Source: an uncultured delta proteobacterium
GTDB lineage: Bacteria > Myxococcota > Myxococcia > Myxococcales > Myxococcaceae
Reading direction: 5' to 3'
NCBI GenBank assembly: GCA_963776345.1
Contig: CAVZMH010000019.1
Span: forward strand, 32,001-96,000
DNA: 64,000 nt
The translations under genes were made by a program, and so were the position numbers. This document shows positions 8,875 to 17,871 of this stretch, piece after piece. The notes beneath the pieces are model-generated. The model was not told the origin of the DNA. It saw nothing but the letters and a program-made list of their open reading frames with translations, and did no database searches. Positions within the stretch are counted from its first letter, which is position 1; each line of letters opens with the position of its first letter.

Positions 8875-11800
8875 CTACCGTCGACCGAAGAGTCGCTTCA
8901 GCCCGCCGATGAGGCCGGCGTCCGGCTGCGGCGGGGCGACGGGCGCCTCCGGCTCGGAGGGTGTCCGGGGCTGAGGCGCGGCCTCCGCCTCCTCGCTCGG
9001 CGCGGGCATCTGGAGCTGCAGGGGCTGACGCTTGCCGCTGGGGTTCGTCGCCGACGCGCGGAGCACGCCATCGGTGTCGAGCGACAGGGTCAGCGTCCAG
9101 TCTCCGGCGCGGTCGGCCGCCGCGCGGAGCAGCCCGAGGAAGCTCCGCGGGTCCGGAGCGCGCGCGGGACCCTGGAACACCTGGACCTCCAGCGGCGTGC
9201 CGAGGCCCAGCGTCACGGTGAGCGTCTTCTCCGCCGGGAGCCGGGTGTTGCGATCCAGCACCCGGACCTGACCCAGCTCCTGGGCGACGATCTCCAGCGG
9301 GACGCCGAGCACCTCGTGCAGCGCGGTGCGCGAGGCGCTCTTCGGCCCGGCCGACACCAGGAGATGGGCGAGCGTCGCCGCGCCGCTCGACGCCGCCGAG
9401 GCGGCGTCCACGTCGGTGCGCGCGGTCCGCCCCATGGCCTCCTCGATCATCCGCCGCACGTGGGGAAGCCGGGTCGCGGTGCCCACCAGGACCAGCTCGT
9501 CCAGCGAGTCGGGGGTGAGCGAGGCCGAGCGCAGCACCTCGCGCGCGAGCAGCACACCGCGCTCCACCAGCGCCGTGGTCCGGGCCTCCAGCTCGGCGCG
9601 GGTCAGCCGGGCGCCGCCCTCGAGGACCGCCTCGGCCACCGAGGCGTCCTCGAGCTGGCGCCGGAGCTGCGCCGCCTCGGCGATGCGCCTGCGGAGCACG
9701 CCGGCGTCCGCCCGCGCTCCCTTGTCCAGGGCCAGCGCGATCTGCTCGTCGAAGTTCACCGACCCGAGCGAGGCATCCCCGGCGCAGGCCACCATGTCCA
9801 GGTCGTCACCCGAGGCGGCGAGAACGGCGATGTCGCAGGTGCTCGCGCCCATCCGCCAGACGAGGATGCGGCGCCGGGCCAGGCCCCGACCGTGGGCGAA
9901 GGCCATCGTCGCCGCGGTCGGCGCCTGGACCAGGCGCACTCCCTCGAAGCCGGCGCGCTCGGCCGCCTCCCGGAGCCGCTCTCGCTGGAGGGTGTTGAAG
10001 GCCACGGGCACGCTGAGCACCACCCGTCCTGCGTGGTGCGAGGTCAGCTCCTCGGCCCGGTGACGGACCCAGCGGAGGAGCGTGGCCACGAGCTCGGTCG
10101 CGCCCACCGTCCCGCCCTCCAGCGCGAACGCGGCCTCGCCCCGGTCGTCGGGGACCACCGCCGCCGGCCAGCGGCGGGCGACGGTGCGGGAGGCGTCCGA
10201 CTCGGCCCGTGTCCCGAGGAAAGGAAGGGGCGCTCCGACCCAGAGCGCCGGCTCGGGAGCGTCGGGCGGGAGCATCCTCGGCGGTGCGCCCGGCTCGCGG
10301 ACCAGGCGCACGGGCATCTCGGCGCGCCCGTGCCCGGTGTCCAGCACGAGGGGCTCGGCGCGGCCGTCGTGGAACCAGGCGACGCGGACCGACTCGGGGT
10401 CGATCTCGACGCCGAGCTCGGCCGTGCCGACCGGCGTCGTGCGCACGGGCGTCGGCGTGGCCTCCGGAGCCGAGGAAGGCGGAAGCGTCCCAGCGCGTGC
10501 CTCGGGGGCGCGGACGAGGGAGGGTGCCGGACGCGGCGCGGCGGGGGCCGGTGGGAGCTCGCGCACCTCGGCCCGTGGCAGGTCCGCGCCGGCCTCGATG
10601 GGCACCGCTCCCTCCTCGAGCGTGGGCGCCTCGTCGAGCGGGGGCGGCGGGGGCGGGACGGGGACCTCGTCGGGAGCCGCCGTCTCCATGGAGAGCAGGA
10701 GTGGGATGGGGGCGGTGGGGCGCTCGTGCACCGAGGCCGGCTGCCCGAGCGCCTGCGCGACCTCGTGGAACGAGGACTCCGGAGGATGGAGCGGCTCATC
10801 CCCGCGCACCGGGGCATCGAGCTGGAACCGGGGTTCCGTCGCAGGTGGCGGCTCGTCGAGCTCGGTGACCACCAGCGTTCCGGCGGGTGGGGTGATCGCG
10901 GCGTGAACGTCCGCCGACGCCCGGGTGTGCTCGAGCCCGGCGGGCCGGAGCGGACCGGGGCCCTTGAACTCGGTGACCACCAGCTCGGGCAGCTGCGAGT
11001 CGTCGAGCGGAGGATGGGGCCCCGTGCTCGTGGTCGGTGGCTCGACCGGAGGAGGAGCCGGGACCTCCACGGGCAGGGCCCGCTCCTCGGGCGCCTGCTC
11101 GCTCGCTGCGGCGAGTGCAGCCGCGGGCGTGGGCGATTCCGCCGTGGTGAAGGAGGCCGGGTGACCCGGAGCCCCGCGGGAGGTGTCCTCGACCGAGGTG
11201 TCGGACACCTCGTCGGCCGGGACCTCGGGAGTGACGGGGACGCTCGCGCGAGCGTGCGCCGCCGCCCAGATCTCGAGCGAGGTGTTCTCGAGCAAGGGGT
11301 TTGGCTCGTCGTGCGCCCCGAGCGAGGCTGGAGTCGAGGCAGCCTCCGCCGAGGCCTCGGACGTCTCGGCGGGCGCCTCCTCCGCCTCCGCCTCCGGCGC
11401 GGCGGCCGGCTCCGGAGCCGCTGCCCTCACCGAGGTGTCAGACACCTCGGACGGCGGCTCCTCCAGCTCCGAGGTGGGGGCCGGTTCCGGCTCCGCCGCC
11501 GTCACCTCGCGGTCCGCGCTCTCCGACGTCTCCGGGGAGCCTTCCGATCCGAAGGCGTCCGCCGGGGAGGTGTCCGCCGGGGAGGTGTCAGACACCTCGG
11601 AGGGGGGCTCCTCCAGGGAGGACACCTCGGCCGGGGAGATCTCCGGGAGGGGCGCCGAGAGGAGCGACTCCTGCGGCGGCTCGGCCTCCGGACGTGTCTC
11701 GCTGGTGGCCGGTGGCTCGGGACGTACAGGCCCGGCGGGTGGCGCCCAGGCCTCGCGATGGGCGGGCACGCCGTCGCGTGTCGGAGTGATCGGCGCGGCG

Positions 11801-12147
11801 CTCGGCCCTGCCGGCGGCTCCCACCCGCTCGGGTGCGCCTGGGTCGCCGTGCGGCTGGAGACGATGCGTTCCACCAGCGCCTTGCCCGCCGCCTCCAGGC
11901 GGAGGAAGCGCAGGGTCATCCCCGGGCGCTCGCCCGAGGCGCTCGACCGCACCACCACCCCCTCGCCGCGCAGGAGCGAGCGGCCGTCGGCGAGCACCAG
12001 GTCGAAGAGGAGCTGCGCCCCGACCGGCTTCGGCGCGCGCGTGGCGAGGAAGAAGCCGTCACGGCCCACGTGGGCGCCGTAATGGGCGGCAAACTCGTCC
12101 TCGCTGCGGAAGGGCAGCCGGACGCGGAGCGGCGTCGGCGCGGACAT
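8875..12147 (-). CDS. Hsp70-like protein with N-terminal myxobacterial PilZ-like (TIGR02266-like) domain and long acidic linker; ATPase motifs degenerate
   Basis: N-terminus F..HYGAHVGRDGFFLAT...GEGVVV...GMTLRF. C-terminal half VLSVPVAFNTLQRERLREAAERAG, AGDASLGSVNFD, LVGTATRLPHV, RNTRLPAEK. Confidence 0.8.
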   Translation of the reverse strand: MSAPTPLRVRLPFRSEDEFAAHYGAHVGRDGFFLATRAPKPVGAQLLFDLVLADGRSLLRGEGVVVRSSASGERPGMTLRFLRLEAAGKALVERIVSSRTATQAHPSGWEPPAGPSAAPITPTRDGVPAHREAWAPPAGPVRPEPPATSETRPEAEPPQESLLSAPLPEISPAEVSSLEEPPSEVSDTSPADTSPADAFGSEGSPETSESADREVTAAEPEPAPTSELEEPPSEVSDTSVRAAAPEPAAAPEAEAEEAPAETSEASAEAASTPASLGAHDEPNPLLENTSLEIWAAAHARASVPVTPEVPADEVSDTSVEDTSRGAPGHPASFTTAESPTPAAALAAASEQAPEERALPVEVPAPPPVEPPTTSTGPHPPLDDSQLPELVVTEFKGPGPLRPAGLEHTRASADVHAAITPPAGTLVVTELDEPPPATEPRFQLDAPVRGDEPLHPPESSFHEVAQALGQPASVHERPTAPIPLLLSMETAAPDEVPVPPPPPPLDEAPTLEEGAVPIEAGADLPRAEVRELPPAPAAPRPAPSLVRAPEARAGTLPPSSAPEATPTPVRTTPVGTAELGVEIDPESVRVAWFHDGRAEPLVLDTGHGRAEMPVRLVREPGAPPRMLPPDAPEPALWVGAPLPFLGTRAESDASRTVARRWPAAVVPDDRGEAAFALEGGTVGATELVATLLRWVRHRAEELTSHHAGRVVLSVPVAFNTLQRERLREAAERAGFEGVRLVQAPTAATMAFAHGRGLARRRILVWRMGASTCDIAVLAASGDDLDMVACAGDASLGSVNFDEQIALALDKGARADAGVLRRRIAEAAQLRRQLEDASVAEAVLEGGARLTRAELEARTTALVERGVLLAREVLRSASLTPDSLDELVLVGTATRLPHVRRMIEEAMGRTARTDVDAASAASSGAATLAHLLVSAGPKSASRTALHEVLGVPLEIVAQELGQVRVLDRNTRLPAEKTLTVTLGLGTPLEVQVFQGPARAPDPRSFLGLLRAAADRAGDWTLTLSLDTDGVLRASATNPSGKRQPLQLQMPAPSEEAEAAPQPRTPSEPEAPVAPPQPDAGLIGGLKRLFGRR
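11194..11212. repeat. Palindrome CGAGGTGTCGGACACCTCG (EVSDTS in frame)
   Basis: Read directly. Confidence 0.9.
11430..11450. repeat. Palindrome CCGAGGTGTCAGACACCTCGG (EVSDTS in frame)
   Basis: Read directly. Confidence 0.9.
11582..11598. repeat. Palindrome GAGGTGTCAGACACCTC (EVSDTS in frame), preceded by a tandem GCCGGGGAGGTGTC unit
   Basis: Read directly. Confidence 0.9.
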
Positions 12148-12191
12148 TGGCGAGGCTCAAAGATGCCCCGAATCCGGGCACTTCCCAAATC

Positions 12192-14867
12192 CTAGGCTCG
12201 AACCGAGGCCACCAGCTTCTCCACCGCGGCCCCCAGCAGCGTCGGGTCCGCCCCTCCAGCCTGGGCCAGATCCGGCTTCCCGCCCCCCGACCCGCCGGCC
12301 ACCTTCGCCACCTCGCGGACGGCGTCGGCGGCGCTGAACCCGCGGGCCACGATGTCCTTCGTCGCCCCCACCAGGACCATGCCCTTGCCGTCCTTCTCAC
12401 CCCAGACCACCACCACCCCGGAGCGGAGCTTGTCCCGCAGCTGGTCGGCCAGCCCCCGGTAGGCCTTGGCGTCCGCCGGGTCCACCCGCTGGGCGAGCAC
12501 CTTCACCCCGTTCACCTCGCGGGCCTCGGAGAGGACGTCCTTGCCGCTGGTGGCCGAGGCGCGGAGGGACGCCGTCTCGACCTCCTTCTCCAGCTCCTTG
12601 ACCCGCTTCTGCGTCGCCTCCACCCGGCGGGCGAGCTCCTTCGGCGAGGTGCGCAAGAGCTCGGCGGCGCGGCGCACCTCGTGCTCCATCTCCCGCACCC
12701 AGGCCAGCGCGCCGGAGCCGGTGAGGGCCACGATGCGCCGCACGCCCGAGGCGATGCCGCCCTCGGAGGTGATCTTGAACAGCCCGATGTCGCCGGTGCG
12801 GCGGACGTGCGTGCCTCCGCACAGCTCCGTGGACTGCGGGTGCACGCTGACCACCCGGACCCGCTCGCCGTACTTCTCGCCGAACAGCGCCACCGCGCCG
12901 GCCCGCTTCGCCTCGTCCAGCGCCATCACCTTGGTCTCGGCACCGGCGTTGTCGCGGATCCACCCGTTGACCAGGTCCTCCGCCTGCTCCAGCTGCGAGG
13001 CGGTGGGCTGCGAGAAGTGCGAGTAGTCGAACCGGAGGTGGTCGGGCGCGACCACCGAGCCCGCCTGCTTCACGTGGTCGCCGAGGACGATCTTCAGCGC
13101 CCGGTGGAGCAGGTGGGTCGCCGAGTGGTTGGCGCGGATGGCGCTCCGCCGCTGCCCGTCGACGGACAGCTGCACCATGTCGCCCGCCCGGATCGTCCCG
13201 CTCGCGACCTGGACCTCGTGCACCACCAGGCCGGGCACCGGCTTCTTCGCATCGAGCACCTGGGCCTCGGCCTTGCCGCCGTGCCCGAGGATGCGCCCGG
13301 TGTCGCCCACCTGGCCGCCGGACTCGCCGTAGAAGGGGGTCCGGTCGGTGACGAGCTGGCCCTTCTCGCCGGCGCGGAGCTCGGGGACCTCGCGCCCCTC
13401 CTTCACCAGCGCCACCACGGTGCCCTCGCCCTCGTGGCCCTCGCCCTCGTAGCCGAGGAACGCCGTGTCCCCCAGCCGCGTCTGGAGTGCCGGCCAGAGG
13501 TCCGCGACTGCCTTCTCGCCCGAGCCGCCGAAGGTCCCGCGCTGCCGCTGGGCGTCCATCAGCTGCTCGTAGCGGTCCAGGTCCACGTCGAAGCCACGCT
13601 CGCGGGCGATGATCTGCGTCAGGTCCCAGGGGAACCCGTGCGTGTCGTGGAGGAGGAAGACCACGTCGCCCGAGAGCACCTTCTTGCCGCGGGCCTGGAC
13701 CATCTCCTCGTCGATGAGGCGCAGCCCGCGGGCGAGCGTCCGGCGGAAGGACTCCTCCTCGTGCCGCGTGGCCTCGAGCACGAAGCTCTCGTTCTCCTGG
13801 AGCTCGGGGTACGCGCCGCGCATCTCCTGCACCACCACCTTCACCACCTCGTGCAGGAACGGCTCCTCGAGGCCGAGCCGGGAACCGTGACGGATGGCCC
13901 TCCGCATGATCCGCCGGAGCACGTAGCCGCGGCCCTCGTTGGAGGGCTGCACGCCATCCGAGACGAGAAACGCGGTGGTCCGCGCGTGATCGGCGATGAC
14001 CCGCATCGACGCGTCGTCCGCCGGGTCGCGCCCGTACGTCCTTCGGGAGAGGTCGGCCGCCCGGGCCAGCAGCGGCACGAACTGGTCGGTGTCGTAGTTG
14101 CTTCGCTTGCCCTGCACGATGGCGCTCATTCGCTCCAGGCCGGCGCCGGTGTCGATCGAGGGGCGAGGCAGCGGCTCGAGCGGACTGTCCTTCTCCTTCC
14201 GCTCGAACTGCATGAAGACCAGGTTCCAGAACTCCACCCAGCGGTCGCACTCGCAGGCCACGCCCAGGCAGGCACGGCCCGCCGCCACCTCGGCGCAGGG
14301 CAGGTCGTCACCCTGGAAGTAGTGCAGCTCGGAGCAGGGGCCACATGGGCCGGTGTCCCCCATGGCCCAGAAGTTGTCGCGGTAGCCGAGCCGGTGGATG
14401 CGCGATTCCGGCACGCCGACCCGCTTCCAGAGCCGGGCCGCCTCCTCGTCCCAGGGGATGCCCCGCTCGCCGTTGAAGACCGTGGCCGCCAGCCGGTCCG
14501 GGGAGAACCCCAGGTCCCGAGTGACGAACTCCCAGGCAAACTGGACCGCGTCCTCCTTGAAGTAGTCCCCGAAGGAGAAGTTCCCCAGCATCTCGAAGAA
14601 GGTGTGGTGCCGCCCGGTGAAGCCGACGTTGTCCAGGTCGTTGTGCTTGCCCCCCGCGCGCACGCACTTCTGCGACGAGGTGGCGCGCCGGTACGGCCGC
14701 GACTCGCGCCCGGTGAAGACGTCCTTGAACTGCACCATGCCGGCGTTGGTGAACAGCAGACTGGGGTCGTCGAACGGGACGAGGGACGAGCTGGCCACCC
14801 GCCGGTGACCCCGGGTTTCGAAGTAGGAGAGGAAGGCTTCGCGGACCTGTGCGGCGGTGCGGACCAT
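12192..14867 (-). CDS. alaS: Alanine--tRNA ligase
   Basis: LLFTNAGMVQFK, HHTFFEMLGNFSFGDYFK, TPFYGESGGQVGD, NHSATHLLH, ELCGGTH, GGGKPDLAQAGG. Confidence 0.98.
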   Translation of the reverse strand: MVRTAAQVREAFLSYFETRGHRRVASSSLVPFDDPSLLFTNAGMVQFKDVFTGRESRPYRRATSSQKCVRAGGKHNDLDNVGFTGRHHTFFEMLGNFSFGDYFKEDAVQFAWEFVTRDLGFSPDRLAATVFNGERGIPWDEEAARLWKRVGVPESRIHRLGYRDNFWAMGDTGPCGPCSELHYFQGDDLPCAEVAAGRACLGVACECDRWVEFWNLVFMQFERKEKDSPLEPLPRPSIDTGAGLERMSAIVQGKRSNYDTDQFVPLLARAADLSRRTYGRDPADDASMRVIADHARTTAFLVSDGVQPSNEGRGYVLRRIMRRAIRHGSRLGLEEPFLHEVVKVVVQEMRGAYPELQENESFVLEATRHEEESFRRTLARGLRLIDEEMVQARGKKVLSGDVVFLLHDTHGFPWDLTQIIARERGFDVDLDRYEQLMDAQRQRGTFGGSGEKAVADLWPALQTRLGDTAFLGYEGEGHEGEGTVVALVKEGREVPELRAGEKGQLVTDRTPFYGESGGQVGDTGRILGHGGKAEAQVLDAKKPVPGLVVHEVQVASGTIRAGDMVQLSVDGQRRSAIRANHSATHLLHRALKIVLGDHVKQAGSVVAPDHLRFDYSHFSQPTASQLEQAEDLVNGWIRDNAGAETKVMALDEAKRAGAVALFGEKYGERVRVVSVHPQSTELCGGTHVRRTGDIGLFKITSEGGIASGVRRIVALTGSGALAWVREMEHEVRRAAELLRTSPKELARRVEATQKRVKELEKEVETASLRASATSGKDVLSEAREVNGVKVLAQRVDPADAKAYRGLADQLRDKLRSGVVVVWGEKDGKGMVLVGATKDIVARGFSAADAVREVAKVAGGSGGGKPDLAQAGGADPTLLGAAVEKLVASVRA

Positions 14868-14911
14868 GGAAGCCCTGCATATAACGTCTGCTAGGCTCCA
14901 GGCCTCACGCC

Positions 14912-15676
14912 GTGTGCGACCTCCCCCTCGCTCTCCCCGCGCGGACCCTCCGGACGGTGGCCCTCGGGGTGGTGCTCCTCGGGGGAGTGGCGCTGGCCGA
15001 CGACGACCCCCGCCTCACCTTCCTCGCCCGGCAGCTCGGCACGGCGACGGACCCCCGTGTCCGGGCCCAGGCTGCCCTGACCCTGGGGACCACCGAGGCC
15101 CCCGGAGCGCTCGGCCCGCTCTGCACCGCCCTGGCGGACCCGGTCCCCCTGGTCCGCGGCGCGGTCGCGCGCTCGCTGCCGGAGCTCCACGACCTGGGCG
15201 CCCTGGACTGCCTCGCCCCGCACGCCACCGACCCCGCCCCCGACGCGCAGACCGAGATTCACCGGGCGCTCGCCCTGCTCCGGAAGGTGAAGGAGCGCAC
15301 GCCCACGGTGGACGTCTGGGTGGATCCGGTGCGTGACCCGTCGACGCCGCCCCTGGGCGAGGTGCTCTGCGGCGAGGCCCGCACCCGGCTGGTGAAGCGC
15401 CTGGCCTGGTCCGGAGCCCGGAGCGACAGGGTCGAGTCGGCGCCGAAGGCGGCCGCGCACGGCACGCCGGCGTATCTGCTGCAGCCGACGCTGCTTCGCG
15501 CCGACGGCGGCGCCCTGGTGCTGGCGGCGGTGTGCCTCACCTGGCCGAGCAAGCAGATCCTGGGCGAGGTGCGGGTGAAGGGGAGCGGGGCAAGGCCGGC
15601 GGACCTCATCCCCGCGCTGGTGCCCCGGCTCATCCAGGACGCGGCAAGCACGTTCGAGTGGGAGCTGGCTCCCTGA
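14912..15676 (+). CDS. Exported HEAT-repeat protein
   Basis: Signal-like hydrophobic N-terminus, then HEAT-type repeats (DPRVRAQAALTLG; DPVPLVRGAVARSL). Start uncertain. Confidence 0.65.
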   Translation: MCDLPLALPARTLRTVALGVVLLGGVALADDDPRLTFLARQLGTATDPRVRAQAALTLGTTEAPGALGPLCTALADPVPLVRGAVARSLPELHDLGALDCLAPHATDPAPDAQTEIHRALALLRKVKERTPTVDVWVDPVRDPSTPPLGEVLCGEARTRLVKRLAWSGARSDRVESAPKAAAHGTPAYLLQPTLLRADGGALVLAAVCLTWPSKQILGEVRVKGSGARPADLIPALVPRLIQDAASTFEWELAP

Positions 15677-15687
15677 GGGAGGCGATC

Positions 15688-16383
15688 ATGGCGTCACGGC
15701 AGAGACGGCTCCGCAACTACCTGCTCGACGCGCCGATGCAGCTGCGCTTCACGGCGGTGCTGGTGCTGGCGACGCTGCTCGGGGCAGGGCTCCTCGGCAT
15801 CTTCCTCGCCCGGGCGCTGAACCGGCTGGCCGAGCAGGCCGAGCGGGCGGTCGAGGCGCGAGCCGCGGCGGCCCAGGCGAGCCACGAGCTGGGGAACGCG
15901 TCGCTGTCGAAGACCCTGCTCGAGCGCTTCAACGACCCGGAGTTCACCGCCCAGCTCGAGCGCCAGTCGCGCACCATCGACGCCGCGTACCAGGCCGAGC
16001 AGGCCCAGGTCGCCGAGCAGCGCCGGGAGGTGGCACGCGAGTCGAGGCGGATCGGCTGGCTGGTGGTGCTCTCGGTGCTGGCCTTCGCGCTCGCGGTGCT
16101 GCTCCTGGGCATCGTGGTCACCCACCGCATCGCCGGGCCGGTCTTCCGGGTGCGGCGCCTCCTCGACGACCTCGGCGAGGGACGGCGCGACGTGCCCCTT
16201 CACGGGCTCCGCGACGGTGACGAGCTGCGCGAGCTGTTCGACGCCGCGTCGTCGCTGGTGAAGACGCTCCGGGCCGAGGACGAGGCGACGTTCGAGGCGG
16301 TGTCGGCGGCGCTCGTCTCCCCGGTGCAGACCGAGGGGCTCCGGCAGGTGCACGACCGGCTCGCGGTGCGGCTCGCGCGCTGA
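15688..16383 (+). CDS. Two-TM membrane protein with coiled periplasmic loop and HAMP domain, no output domain
   Basis: ATG at 15688 after GGGAGG. TM1, coiled coil, TM2, then THRIAGPVFRV...LRDGDELRELF. Confidence 0.7.
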   Translation: MASRQRRLRNYLLDAPMQLRFTAVLVLATLLGAGLLGIFLARALNRLAEQAERAVEARAAAAQASHELGNASLSKTLLERFNDPEFTAQLERQSRTIDAAYQAEQAQVAEQRREVARESRRIGWLVVLSVLAFALAVLLLGIVVTHRIAGPVFRVRRLLDDLGEGRRDVPLHGLRDGDELRELFDAASSLVKTLRAEDEATFEAVSAALVSPVQTEGLRQVHDRLAVRLAR

Positions 16384-16405
16384 GCCCCCCGGCGAGAGCG
16401 GCCCC

Positions 16406-17398
16406 TCAGGTGCTCGGAGCAGCCTGGTCGGAGATCTGCTCCCAGGAGATGAGCGCGTGCAGCGGGACCAGCACCTCGGCCCCCGCCGACCCGAGCACCA
16501 GGTCGTAGGGACCCACCGAGAGCAGCGTCTCCTCGATCGCGAAGCCGTTCCGGAGCACGAGCCGGACGCGCCCGCCCACCGCCGGAAGGAATGGCCGAGG
16601 GTCCGAGTGCGGCCGCCGGTCCGGCTCGCGCGCCACCGGCACCGGCTTCTGCGCCAGCCGGGAGTCCCGCTGGAGCCGCGGCAGCAGCACGTCCCAGGTC
16701 GTCCGCCGCGCCAGCGCGCACACCGCGAGCTTCTCCACCCTGCCGGAGCGCTCGAGCACGAACGCCACCGGGTGCGTCTGCAGCAGCACGTCGAGCAGCG
16801 TCCGGTCGGCGAGCACGAACGCCAGCGGCGCCTTGTCCGTCGCCGCAGCCGAGAGCCATCCGTCCACCTGGGCGGCGGAGACGGCGCCGCGCGCCTCCTT
16901 CACCGTCGCCTTGGCGCGGGTCCTCGCCTGCCGGGCGCGGAACTGCTCCAGCGTGAGCCCCGACTGGAGCAGCCCGAAGGCCTCGGCGAGGTCGAGCCCC
17001 GCGTGCTGGGCCATCAGCGCGTAGGCCTGATCGAACCGGCGGGCCTCCTCGGCGTGGAGCTTCCGCCAGATGCGGACGCGCATCTTCCCTTCCAGCTCGC
17101 CCTTGGCGATGCGGGCCGGGACGTGCTCCCTGGCGGCGAGCGCGGTGATGGCCTCGGCGGTCGGTGGCGTGGAGGGGCCGCGCGGCGGCGGCCGCCCGTG
17201 CGGAGCGGCTCCGGGGCGCAGGGGTGGGCGTGGCGGACGGGGGGTGGTGGACGTCGGGCGGACCGGTGCGGGCCCGGCGCCCGCCGTGGGCGTGGGCGCG
17301 GATGAGGGCGAAGGCGAGGGCGAGGGCGGGCCGGTGGCGGGCGCGGGGCGCCGGACCACCTCGACCATCGGTGGACGCCGGCCCTTGCGGTCAGCCAT
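16406..17398 (-). CDS. Hypothetical protein, Pro/Arg-rich N-terminus, two putative Hfq/Sm-like C-terminal domains
   Basis: 330-aa ORF overlapping the upstream lipoprotein gene. C-terminus PFL..V.LVLRNG...LV.LHAL resembles Hfq Sm1/Sm2 (fold call is my inference). Confidence 0.7.
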   Translation of the reverse strand: MADRKGRRPPMVEVVRRPAPATGPPSPSPSPSSAPTPTAGAGPAPVRPTSTTPRPPRPPLRPGAAPHGRPPPRGPSTPPTAEAITALAAREHVPARIAKGELEGKMRVRIWRKLHAEEARRFDQAYALMAQHAGLDLAEAFGLLQSGLTLEQFRARQARTRAKATVKEARGAVSAAQVDGWLSAAATDKAPLAFVLADRTLLDVLLQTHPVAFVLERSGRVEKLAVCALARRTTWDVLLPRLQRDSRLAQKPVPVAREPDRRPHSDPRPFLPAVGGRVRLVLRNGFAIEETLLSVGPYDLVLGSAGAEVLVPLHALISWEQISDQAAPST

Positions 17399-17795
17399 CC
17401 CCGGACGTCTCCAGGACGGGGATGGAGACGCGCCAGTGCCCTGCCTCTCGGACCAGGTGGACCTCCTGCACCGCGCCGTGGGCGGTGACCGCCAGCACCG
17501 CCGTCCGGCCGTCGTCGGAGCGCACCGACACCTGGGCCGGGTCAGGAGGCCTCGGCTCGGCGAGGAGGAGATCCACCGGGGTGGGGCGGAGGGTGCCGCC
17601 GCTCGTCCTGGCGAGCTCCTCGGCCCGCGCGGTCAGCGCGGTGCGACTCTTCTCGGAGAGCAGGGCCAGGGTGCGCGCCTCGTCGTCCCGTTGCACCGCC
17701 GAGAGCAGGCTCCGGTACGCGTCCACCGGCGTGTCGTCGGGGAAGCGGTGACAACCGGCGCTGGCCAGGAGCAGCAGGGCGAGGAGGCGGGGCAC
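17391..17795 (-). CDS. Small lipoprotein (possibly NTF2-like fold)
   Basis: Lipobox LASAGC after a hydrophobic core. TPVDAYRSLLSAV and VHLVREAGHWRV pattern. Confidence 0.75.
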   Translation of the reverse strand: MPRLLALLLLASAGCHRFPDDTPVDAYRSLLSAVQRDDEARTLALLSEKSRTALTARAEELARTSGGTLRPTPVDLLLAEPRPPDPAQVSVRSDDGRTAVLAVTAHGAVQEVHLVREAGHWRVSIPVLETSGDG

Positions 17796-17871
17796 GGCGG
17801 GGGCGCATCGTCCGGCAGGCGCGGCCGGCGCACAAGCGGAGAAACGCGAAGGGGGGCTGCCAGGTAGCGAC

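Noticed and set aside
6679..12195. 1838-aa plus-strand ORF and other very long overlapping ORFs (3795..6659, 12147..14894, 48862..52014, 52928..56656, 56617..59940)
   Set aside because: Arg/Gly/Ala-rich shadow frames with no motifs, overlapping well-supported genes. Expected from stop-codon scarcity at high GC.
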